Below, one piece after another: positions 39,212 to 46,490 of a stretch of 61,016 bases of DNA (positions within the stretch are counted from its first letter, which is position 1; each line of letters begins with the position of its first letter). Below the pieces are notes generated by a model. That model was given only the letters and a program-made list of their open reading frames with translations. It did not search any database and was not told the origin of the DNA. Location: the NCBI GenBank assembly GCA_028817905.1, contig JAPPOR010000087.1, forward strand, positions 1-61,016, in the 5' to 3' direction. This stretch comes from Myxococcales bacterium (lineage in GTDB: Bacteria > Myxococcota_A > Polyangia > Polyangiales > JAFGIB01). Position numbers and translations under genes: made by a program.

Positions 39212-39378
39212 CCAGCCCGGATGATGCATGACTGCGACGTCGGATCGCGCAGGGATTCGGCTTCGCGGAGCTTTCGACGACCGACGAGAATACTGCCTGT
39301 ATTTTCTAGGGCGGCGAAAGTCCCGTGGAGTCGAAGGGCAAGCGAGGCGGCGTCGCAGTCATCAATCATCCGGGCTAG
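39212..39378 (+). mobile_element. MITE-like inverted-repeat element, full-length copy B (167 bp)
   Basis: Aligns end to end with copy A. The terminal repeats carry matched substitutions in both arms. Ends are CCAGCCCGG...CCGGGCTAG. Confidence 0.9.
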
Positions 39379-39979
39379 GCGCCTGCTCCGAATACCCCCG
39401 CATGACCGCGGTCACGCGCAGCGTGTGGCCACGGACGATCATCTCCGATACGACTCGAACCGGACCGACGTGGGGACAATAGGTCGTCCAAATGCGGTTT
39501 CCGGACCGCTGGTTGGTTTCCTCCACCTCGGCACAGTTGGTGAAGTCCCCGGCGGGCGTCTCGATCGCTGCCACTTGACGGGTGAGCTTCGCCTCGACGC
39601 CCTTTCCCGACGTCCAGCTGGCACCCACCTCCAGGGGCTCGCGCAGCAGAAACCCTCCCTTGGCCGGCCGATACCAGCCCTCAGGTCGCCTCTCGTAGGC
39701 TGTCTGCTCCTTGCCGACCTGCACCAGGGCGCTCTTCCCCGGGACGGCGGTGATCACACGCGTCACCACCAGCACGTTGTCGCCGTCACCGGTCTCCACG
39801 TCGAAGGACCACGCGCGCCCCTCCGCGAGGGGAAACAGCGTTTCGGGCGTCCACGGCGCCGGCTCGGGAGCAACCTGCGAGGCGCCCCCAGCGCACCCGA
39901 TCCCCGCAAGCATGAGGACAACCACGCGCGCCACTGCGGGTACTGCACAAGCGCGCGAACGGAGTGCGGCCGCCGCCAT
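39362..39979 (-). CDS. hypothetical lipoprotein
   Basis: Start taken at MAAAALRSRACAVPAVARVVVLMLAGIGCAGG (lipobox). The last 17 nt and the stop lie inside repeat copy B. The track ORF up to 40213 is an open upstream extension. Confidence 0.6.
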   Translation of the reverse strand: MAAAALRSRACAVPAVARVVVLMLAGIGCAGGASQVAPEPAPWTPETLFPLAEGRAWSFDVETGDGDNVLVVTRVITAVPGKSALVQVGKEQTAYERRPEGWYRPAKGGFLLREPLEVGASWTSGKGVEAKLTRQVAAIETPAGDFTNCAEVEETNQRSGNRIWTTYCPHVGPVRVVSEMIVRGHTLRVTAVMRGYSEQAPSPDD

Positions 39980-40250
39980 TCCGCCAACTCGCGATTGGAT
40001 CCAGCTGGGACTTGGCTTGACACGGCCCTCGACGGCCGACCGAATACTCGCTGCAACTGCGAGGGAGGTGAAACGTGTGCCGTCTAGGCTGAGCGAAGCG
40101 CTGCGATGCCGGTGAAATGTCCGGGCTCGCGATACCCCGGAGGCGCGGCGGACGACCCGAACGGGTACTGGCCGGCAGCGGGCGGCAATCGGGTCAAGGC
40201 GCGGCATGATCAAGGTGGCCCTCCTGGCGGCATCGGGTGATCTGGCGGCA

Positions 40251-40517
40251 TCAGATGATGTAGGCGATCACGACACCGATGAACAGTGCACAGCAGGCCA
40301 GCAAGACCCCCCACTGCACGCGGTCAGGGTCCATTCGACGCAACAACTGCTGGGCACGTTCACACTCCTGACGATCCGGCGTGTCGAGCAGCCCACGAGC
40401 AAGCATGCGTGCGCGCCGGTAGTCACCCGCGTGATAGGCGCGCTCATGGGGCGCCAGGTTCGCCTCGAAACCACCTTCTGACCCATCGGCCTGAGCCCCG
40501 TCGTCTCCAGTCGTCAT
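40251..40517 (-). CDS. small hypothetical tail-anchored membrane protein (88 aa)
   Basis: ATG at 40517 (MTTGDDG...). C-terminal TM WGVLLACCALFIGVVIAYII. No family recognised. Confidence 0.45.
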   Translation of the reverse strand: MTTGDDGAQADGSEGGFEANLAPHERAYHAGDYRRARMLARGLLDTPDRQECERAQQLLRRMDPDRVQWGVLLACCALFIGVVIAYII

Positions 40518-40564
40518 CACACAACACTCATAGCAAGAGGACCACAAACGCGCTTGGCAAGCCA

Positions 40565-40580
40565 AGCTAGCTAGCTAGCT
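40565..40580. repeat. (AGCT)4 tract, equivalent to three overlapping CTAG; gives a stop codon in all six frames
   Basis: Read directly: AGCTAGCTAGCTAGCT, intergenic, 10 nt downstream of the 40590 gene stop. Confidence 0.9.
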
Positions 40581-40589
40581 GATCGGCGG

Positions 40590-42164
40590 TCAAGGATTTT
40601 TACTCAGAAACCACAGCGCCCATGCGTTCGCTATGCCCAGAGGTAGCGCCAACAGCCAGGCGCGGCGCGCCACACGGGCGGCCACCACGGCCAACATCTG
40701 CTGTGCGTGCGCGCCGAGTTGCTCCCGCTGAAAGGCCCGTCTCAGGCGCCCGAGGGCGGCCATCACCGGCGCGGATAGCAGCAACGTGGCCACGATCGTC
40801 ACGGCAACGGCTGAAAACCGCACCGGAGGAACGCGGTGTAGGAGTCGATCGCGTAGGCCATCATCCAGGCGCACGCCGGCGCGGTCGATCCAAGTGTGGC
40901 TCACGCGCGCGTCCGGCCCTGTATCCTGGTGCAGCTCGATGCCGTAGGCATCGCCGGAGCGCACAAGCCGCACCCGCTCGATGCCCCCGGCGTAGCGCAA
41001 AGGTAGCCGCCCAACCCCCCCGCCATCACTCGCGGAAACCTCGATCCCCTCACTCGCAACAGTTACCTCAAGCGTGGTCGCTGGCGGATGGAGCGTGTGG
41101 CCCCGAGCGCCGCCCCCGGGCGCGGCGCCCCGTTCGGTCAGAACCACCTCCGATACCAGCACTCCACGAACAGGGCCCTCCGTAAGCTGCGCTGGTTCGA
41201 GCAGCGTCGTCCACAGCAGCACGGCGCACACCAAGGGACAAAGCCACAGTCCCGTCCAGACCCCCGCGAGACCACGGGGTAAGGCAAAGCCACGGGGAGG
41301 AGCTGCGAGGACGCCCGCCGCGGCCGTCGCTTCGACGTAACCCGCAGCCACCATGCCCTGCCCGAGCGGAATGCTCACAGCCAGCAGAGGCACACATAGA
41401 AGGGCCAAACCCACCCGGTCGAACGAAAGTCCTACGAGCAGGCCCAGCGCCAGAGGCGACAGTTGCACCATCGCCGCAAGGGCAAAGAGCTTCAACTGGC
41501 ACGCGACCCCAACCTGAACGAACACGCGCGCGCTCTCGCACAGGGAAGACCATAGTTGGGTATAGCGCTCCAGAGTAAGAAAGGACGCATAGCGATAGGG
41601 CGAAACGCATAGCACGAGCAAAACCGCGGCGAGCAGGGCGTACAGACCGCCCCCAGCCAGCAGCTGTGCCAGGTCTGCGTGTCCCGGCGCGCCGCCAAGC
41701 TCGAGGTCATCGACTGCCGGGGGTGCGGCGACCAGCACGGCCAGGGCCAGCAACACCACGAGCATGAACAGCCCGGCCTGAACCGGCAGGGCCGTGGCCA
41801 CAGCATGCGCGCGGGAAACGCCCTGGCGGGCCCCATCCCAGGTAGGCGAAGTCGCCGGGTCTGCCGGCACCTGCTCCACTGCCGCCCCGAAGCCAACCGC
41901 CTGTGTGCTCGCAGTGCGAACGCGACGGAGCTCGCGAAGCTGCACCCGGGCGAGCTGGCAAGCGAAGAAGGGCCCCACCACCCATCCGAGCAGACACCAC
42001 AGACAGAACAGGGAGAGCATGATCGCAAGGCACAAGAACGCTACGATCGCTGCACCCAGTGCCAAGCTCGCAAGCGGCCGAGCTCGCAAGGTACGCAGAC
42101 TCGCGGCCCAACTCGTACGGCAGCTCATGTGCCCGGCGCCGGTCACCCCGGTCGGGTCGCTCAT
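40590..42164 (-). CDS. hypothetical polytopic membrane protein, translationally coupled to tatC
   Basis: At least 8 hydrophobic segments. Its ATG overlaps the tatC stop (ATGA at 42161-42164). No family recognised. Confidence 0.7.
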   Translation of the reverse strand: MSDPTGVTGAGHMSCRTSWAASLRTLRARPLASLALGAAIVAFLCLAIMLSLFCLWCLLGWVVGPFFACQLARVQLRELRRVRTASTQAVGFGAAVEQVPADPATSPTWDGARQGVSRAHAVATALPVQAGLFMLVVLLALAVLVAAPPAVDDLELGGAPGHADLAQLLAGGGLYALLAAVLLVLCVSPYRYASFLTLERYTQLWSSLCESARVFVQVGVACQLKLFALAAMVQLSPLALGLLVGLSFDRVGLALLCVPLLAVSIPLGQGMVAAGYVEATAAAGVLAAPPRGFALPRGLAGVWTGLWLCPLVCAVLLWTTLLEPAQLTEGPVRGVLVSEVVLTERGAAPGGGARGHTLHPPATTLEVTVASEGIEVSASDGGGVGRLPLRYAGGIERVRLVRSGDAYGIELHQDTGPDARVSHTWIDRAGVRLDDGLRDRLLHRVPPVRFSAVAVTIVATLLLSAPVMAALGRLRRAFQREQLGAHAQQMLAVVAARVARRAWLLALPLGIANAWALWFLSKNP

Positions 42165-43039
42165 CCGCTCCCCGGACCGGGGTCGGCCGGACCGGCCCCT
42201 GACGGGTCGTCCGGCTCAGACGCCTCCTCATCCTCGACCTTGGGCCCGATGAAGTAGGCCACTCCAACCGACGCGAAATAAAGCACCACCAACGGCACGA
42301 TCATGAGCATCTGCGAGCCGATGTCCGGCGGTGTCAACAGCGCCGATAGGATCGCGGCCAGCAACACCCACCAGCGACCGAAGTTCAACAGTTGCTTCCA
42401 GGTGACGATCCCGGCAGCGGACAGGACGGTCACCACCACCGGAATCTCGAACACAGCTCCGAAGGCCAGCAGCAAGCGTGTAGCGAACGAGATGTACTCG
42501 TTGAGCATGATCGTCGGCTGCACCTTGATCACGCCGATTTGCCCGCTCATGGAGAGCAACATGTCAAACATCAGCGGGAAGACCACGCTGAATCCGAAGT
42601 ACGCGCCCCCGGTGAAGAAGAAACTACTGCCTGCGACGAACGGAATGGCCCAGCGCTTCTCATTGTCATACAGGGCAGGCGAGATAAACGCCCACACCTG
42701 CCACGCGATCCACGGAATCCCTAAGAAGATGCCCGCAACCAGCGCGATCTTGATGTACGCGACAATTTGATCCATGGGATTGGCCACATGGATCGTCGGC
42801 TCGCCTAGCCCGGCCCGCACGAAGGCCTCGCTGTAGGGCAGCAGGAACGCGTCGAGCAGCTCGGGGGCGTAGGTCCAGCCGAGCGCCGTTCCGGGAATCA
42901 TCCCGAGCATGGACAAGACGAGCCGCTTGCGGAGCTCCTGCAGGTGCTCCATGACCGTCATCGGTACGTCGTGGGGCGGATCCGGATCGGGCTCGTCTGG
43001 AGGCTGGCTAGAGGGCGGCAGCGCCGGTTGGTTGGACAT
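42161..43039 (-). CDS. tatC: twin-arginine translocase subunit TatC
   Basis: MTVMEHLQELRKRLV, six TM segments, and the TPPD motif LLTPPDIGSQ. Confidence 0.92.
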   Translation of the reverse strand: MSNQPALPPSSQPPDEPDPDPPHDVPMTVMEHLQELRKRLVLSMLGMIPGTALGWTYAPELLDAFLLPYSEAFVRAGLGEPTIHVANPMDQIVAYIKIALVAGIFLGIPWIAWQVWAFISPALYDNEKRWAIPFVAGSSFFFTGGAYFGFSVVFPLMFDMLLSMSGQIGVIKVQPTIMLNEYISFATRLLLAFGAVFEIPVVVTVLSAAGIVTWKQLLNFGRWWVLLAAILSALLTPPDIGSQMLMIVPLVVLYFASVGVAYFIGPKVEDEEASEPDDPSGAGPADPGPGSG

Positions 43040-43052
43040 GGTGAAGTCTCAG

Positions 43053-43853
43053 TCAGGCCTTGCCAGGCGGTTCCCCCTCCGGGGGCGCAGCGGCCGTGCC
43101 GCCGCCTTCCTCAGTGCTACCAGGAGCAGGAGCAGGAGCAGGAGCGGGCTCGGACTTGGGCTTAGGCTCAGACGGGTGCCGCGACCCTTGGGACACGGCG
43201 GAGCCACCGGCCGCGCCTGGGCCAGCGGCTGGCGGGGCGCTGCCAGCGCCCGCCGGCGGCGGCGAAACACTCGCAACGGGGGGTACGCCGGGGGGCAGGG
43301 GCGTCTGGGGAGGCGGTGGCGCGCCCACTGGCAAGGGCGGCGACTGGGACGTGCGCTGTGACGACCCCGCACCCCCAGCCGAACCCTCAGGTTGCGCTGG
43401 GGACTGGCGGCTGGAAGCCGGCGGCGCACTCGCGGCGGTGGCTTCGGTTGCTGGCCCGGTCGCTGGCCCGGTCGCTGACCCATGTGCCGCTCCGGTGCCC
43501 TCAGAAGAGGCTGGAACCGGGGCTGGGCCGGACTGCCGAGCAGCGGCGTCAGGGACCGCCGCCTGGCCCGCGGGCACCTCGGTGGGAGGCTCCGCCGGGG
43601 CTACCGGAGGGGTCGTATTGGCCGGAAGTGTCTGGGCCGGCTTGGGCCGCGGTCGCGGGGCCGGAGGCGCCATGGGATCCTCGTGCATGATCTCGTCAAG
43701 CCCGACCGCGCTCCGAATATCGCGGCTGGCCCTCTGGAACCCCCGAATCGTGCGGCCGACCGACTTCATCAGGGTCGGCAGCTTCTGAGGCCCCACCACG
43801 ACCACCAGGATCACGAAGATCAGGACGAACTCACTGAAACCTATCCCTAACAT
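43053..43853 (-). CDS. tatB: TatA/TatB-family twin-arginine translocase protein with long Pro/Ala-rich tail (TatB-like)
   Basis: MLGIGFSEFVLIFVILVVVVGPQKLPTLMKSVGRTIRGFQRA, then about 200 aa of low complexity. Confidence 0.85.
   Translation of the reverse strand: MLGIGFSEFVLIFVILVVVVGPQKLPTLMKSVGRTIRGFQRASRDIRSAVGLDEIMHEDPMAPPAPRPRPKPAQTLPANTTPPVAPAEPPTEVPAGQAAVPDAAARQSGPAPVPASSEGTGAAHGSATGPATGPATEATAASAPPASSRQSPAQPEGSAGGAGSSQRTSQSPPLPVGAPPPPQTPLPPGVPPVASVSPPPAGAGSAPPAAGPGAAGGSAVSQGSRHPSEPKPKSEPAPAPAPAPGSTEEGGGTAAAPPEGEPPGKA
43121..43144. repeat. (CAGGAG)4 hexanucleotide repeat inside tatB tail (encodes APAPAPAP on minus strand)
   Basis: Read directly. It is in frame. Confidence 0.85.
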
Positions 43854-43999
43854 GGTACTGCGCCCCGAGATCCGATCGAATGCCTCATGGCCCTTGTGCC
43901 CACACGCGGGGCGTCCGGTAGCTTAGCGCCCGACCGCAACGGTGTACCACAGCCAAAAGTATCAAAGGGGGGTCAGGTTGGGGATTATCGTTGTCTCCA

Positions 44000-44021
44000 G
44001 GAAAGGGCACGTGCCCTTTCC
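44000..44021. terminator. perfect 22-bp palindrome GGAAAGGGCACGTGCCCTTTCC, 10 nt downstream of the MCP stop
   Basis: 9-bp stem with an ACGT loop and no U-tract. A near-identical copy is at 46287-46310. Confidence 0.5.
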
Positions 44022-44031
44022 CGGTCAATAG

Positions 44032-45957
44032 CTAGTCGTTGCGATGCGCGAGTTGGTGGAGACGCTCGCTGGCTGCCGTGAGGCCGGCCAGGCGCTGCTG
44101 GTGGGCGCGCGTGAGGTCCCGGATGCGCTCGACTGTCTGGGAGGTCTCCTCGGAGGCCTTGGCCTGCTGGGCCTGGGATTGATGAAGCTGGTTGACCATC
44201 TGCGAGATATTCTCGATCGCGCTGGTGATCTGACGGCTGCCGCGTGACTGCTCCTGCTGACTGCGCTCGACGTGCTGGGTGATCGTCCGCATCTTCTCGG
44301 CGCTCCCCATGATCAGCTCGGAGCCGCGCGCCTGCTCGGCGGTGGCCGCCGCGATCTGCTGCACGGTTTCGGCGATCCGGGTGATGGCGTCGGTCACCTG
44401 CTTGCTACCCTTGGCCTGCTCGACCGTAGCGCGCGCGATGGCGCCGACCATGTTGGTAGACTTGGTCGAGGAATCGAGAATCTTCTTGAGGGCCTGTTCG
44501 GCCTCCGCGCTCACCTCGACACCCCGATCGACCGTCGTCGCACCCCGCTCGACGGCCTGGATCGCGTTCATGGTCTCTTCCTGGATCGTCTTGATCAGAC
44601 TCGCGATCTCCTTGGTGGAGGTACCGGAGCGCTCGGCCAACTCCTTGATCTCGTCCGCCACCACAGCGAAGCCCTTGCCGTACTCGCCGGCCTGCGCGGC
44701 GATGATCGCGGCGTTCAACGCCAACAGGTTCGTCTGTTCTGCAACGTCGTCGATGACGTTCAAGATGTCGCCGATGGCCTCGATGCGCGAGCCAAGTGAC
44801 ACAATCGCGCTGACAGCATCGGAAGACGATTCCTTGATGCGGTTGATCTCGAAGATCGTCCGGGTAATGGCGTCGGCGCCCCGCTCAGCATCCATGGCGA
44901 CTTGCTCGGACAGGCGTGACGTCTGGTTGGCGTTGGACTGAACCTGGTCGATCGAGACGTCCATCTGGTTCATCGACGAAGAGGTCTCCTCGGTCATGAG
45001 GGACAAGGCGTCGACGTTTCGTGCGACCTCCTTGATGCTGTATGCCATCTCCTCGATCGAAGAGACCGTGTCCCGTACGCTGTTGGCAAGCGTGGCCATG
45101 TTCTCCGCAACCTCGTCGTTGGTCGCCTTCATCTCGAGAATCGACGAGGAAGACTCCTCGGCGCTTGCCGCCAGCACCTCGACACTGTCCGCTACACCGC
45201 GCAGTACCTCCGCTGTGTCGATCACCGCGCGTGCAGCCTGATCGATGGCCGCTGCCTGCTCGCCCACGCTGGCGCCGAACTCGTCAACGTGGCTAGCCAA
45301 GGACTCCTCTGCCTTCGCCAGGTCACGCTGACGGCGCTCTACTTCGCCCCGCTGGGCCTCGGCCTCGGCGCGCAGGCTTTCGGCCTCCGCTCGCAAGTTC
45401 TCGCCTTCCGCCCGCAAGCTCTCGCCCTCCGCTCGCACGCCCTCGACCTCCGCTCGCAGCCTCTCGACCTCCGCGAGTTGACCCTCCTTCTGGCCTCGCA
45501 GGCTCTCGGCCTCGGCGCGCTGGCTCTCGATCTCCCCGCGCAAGCTCTCGATTTCGCCACGCAGGCTCTCGGCTTCGGCTTGCTGCCCCTCGGCCTGATC
45601 TCGCAGGCGCTCCGCATCCTTTTCGATCTCCGACTCACGCGCGGACCGCGTACCGAGGTCCTGCGCGAGATCTTCCAACGCATCGAACACCTGGCCGAGC
45701 TCGGGGGTGGTCGTCATCGGCCGGTTGGGCTGCTCACCGCGCCGGGCCGCCTTGATCGCACTGCGAAGTGCGAAGAGCTGGTCCTTGCCGGCGCCACCGC
45801 CGTCCAGCAGGAACAGCATTCCGCCGATCCCGAGTCCGATGCCGATCAGGCCCGCCCAGTAGTGCGCTACGGGAACCGTGGCCGAGACGACCACGCCGAG
45901 GAGGAGGACGATGGCGGCAGGGAGCCGATTCTTGTTCTCGAGAAGAGTCTTGATCAT
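44032..45957 (-). CDS. methyl-accepting chemotaxis protein (TM hairpin, heptad-repeat linker, long signalling domain)
   Basis: The highly conserved tip is [38 protein letters not shown] at 45957 ([10 protein letters not shown]) precedes two adjacent TM helices. The track ORF up to 46320 is an upstream extension. Confidence 0.9.
   Translation of the reverse strand: MIKTLLENKNRLPAAIVLLLGVVVSATVPVAHYWAGLIGIGLGIGGMLFLLDGGGAGKDQLFALRSAIKAARRGEQPNRPMTTTPELGQVFDALEDLAQDLGTRSARESEIEKDAERLRDQAEGQQAEAESLRGEIESLRGEIESQRAEAESLRGQKEGQLAEVERLRAEVEGVRAEGESLRAEGENLRAEAESLRAEAEAQRGEVERRQRDLAKAEESLASHVDEFGASVGEQAAAIDQAARAVIDTAEVLRGVADSVEVLAASAEESSSSILEMKATNDEVAENMATLANSVRDTVSSIEEMAYSIKEVARNVDALSLMTEETSSSMNQMDVSIDQVQSNANQTSRLSEQVAMDAERGADAITRTIFEINRIKESSSDAVSAIVSLGSRIEAIGDILNVIDDVAEQTNLLALNAAIIAAQAGEYGKGFAVVADEIKELAERSGTSTKEIASLIKTIQEETMNAIQAVERGATTVDRGVEVSAEAEQALKKILDSSTKSTNMVGAIARATVEQAKGSKQVTDAITRIAETVQQIAAATAEQARGSELIMGSAEKMRTITQHVERSQQEQSRGSRQITSAIENISQMVNQLHQSQAQQAKASEETSQTVERIRDLTRAHQQRLAGLTAASERLHQLAHRND
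45325..45611 (-). repeat. about 13-14 tandem 21-bp units encoding AE(A/G)ESLR-type heptads within the MCP
   Basis: Protein [81 protein letters not shown]. The DNA periodicity is visible. Confidence 0.85.
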
Positions 45958-46286
45958 GACAAGCGTGGACAGAACGCGACATTCCTTCAGACGCAAGGCA
46001 CGCCGGTTTGCTGAAGGTCTTCCGCAAAGATAGGGTAACTTTCGCAGACAAAACGGCGCAATACATCGATGCGTCAGCCGGCCACAGTTGCGCAAACCGC
46101 GACGTGACCGGGCCCACTCGCTATACGGATGGGTAGGTAAGATGGTGCAGGCGATGGAGGCTCCTACGGGACTTCGGGTGACCGGGAGAGCACCTCCCAT
46201 TCCCAAAAGACCTGCTCGTCGCCACAGCCGGAGCAGAGCGAAGCGGCGCGACCCGCGGATTGGGGGACCCGGCTTCGCCGGGACGG

Positions 46287-46310
46287 GGGAAAGGGCGCGT
46301 GCCCTTTCCC
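46287..46310. terminator. 24-bp palindrome GGGAAAGGGCGCGTGCCCTTTCCC (second copy of the 44000 hairpin)
   Basis: 10-bp stem with a GCGT loop. Lies between repeat copy A and the MCP promoter region, downstream of the kinase gene. Confidence 0.5.
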
Positions 46311-46323
46311 GCATGGACACTCG

Positions 46324-46490
46324 CTAGCCCGGATCATTCACGACTTCGGCGTCGGATCGCGCAGGGTTTCGGCTTCACAGGGCTTTCGACGACCGACGGG
46401 AATACTCCCCGTATTTTCTAGGGCGGCGAAAGCCCTGTGGAGTCGAAGGACAAGCGAGGCGGGGGCGAAGTCGTGAATGATCCGGGCTAG
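46324..46490 (+). mobile_element. MITE-like inverted-repeat element, full-length reference copy A (167 bp, perfect 25-bp terminal inverted repeats)
   Basis: CTAGCCCGGATCATTCACGACTTCG at 46324-46348 is the exact reverse complement of 46466-46490. An inner 21-bp stem and an apical hairpin are present. The kinase stop codon lies in its last CTAG. Confidence 0.92.

Noticed and set aside
40224-40252. 11-bp direct repeat CTGGCGGCATC x2 (period 18) at the 3-prime end of the small 40251 gene.
   Set aside because: There are only two copies and they overlap a stop codon in GC-rich DNA. I see no third copy or associated structure, so this is probably chance or local duplication.
44000-44021. parS-like site, because of the central CACGTG.
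   Set aside because: The arms (GGAAAGGG) do not match the TGTTTCAC/GTGAAACA parS consensus. The position at gene ends fits a hairpin terminator or repeat better.
44032-46320. N-terminal extensions of track ORFs: 44032..46320, 55..1053, 1493..2191, 39362..40213, 56805..57920, 58029..59036, 34527..36182, 37689..39077.
   Set aside because: The family-typical N-termini, signal peptides or lipoboxes, or translational coupling begin at internal start codons. The upstream parts run through neighbouring genes, repeats or segments with low third-position GC.
46324-46490. Retron msr/msd or other RT-associated structured RNA, since inverted repeats are a myxobacterial retron hallmark.
   Set aside because: There is no reverse transcriptase ORF in the window. 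The element is multi-copy and found in both orientations, and TA/CTAG-flanked ends fit a MITE better.
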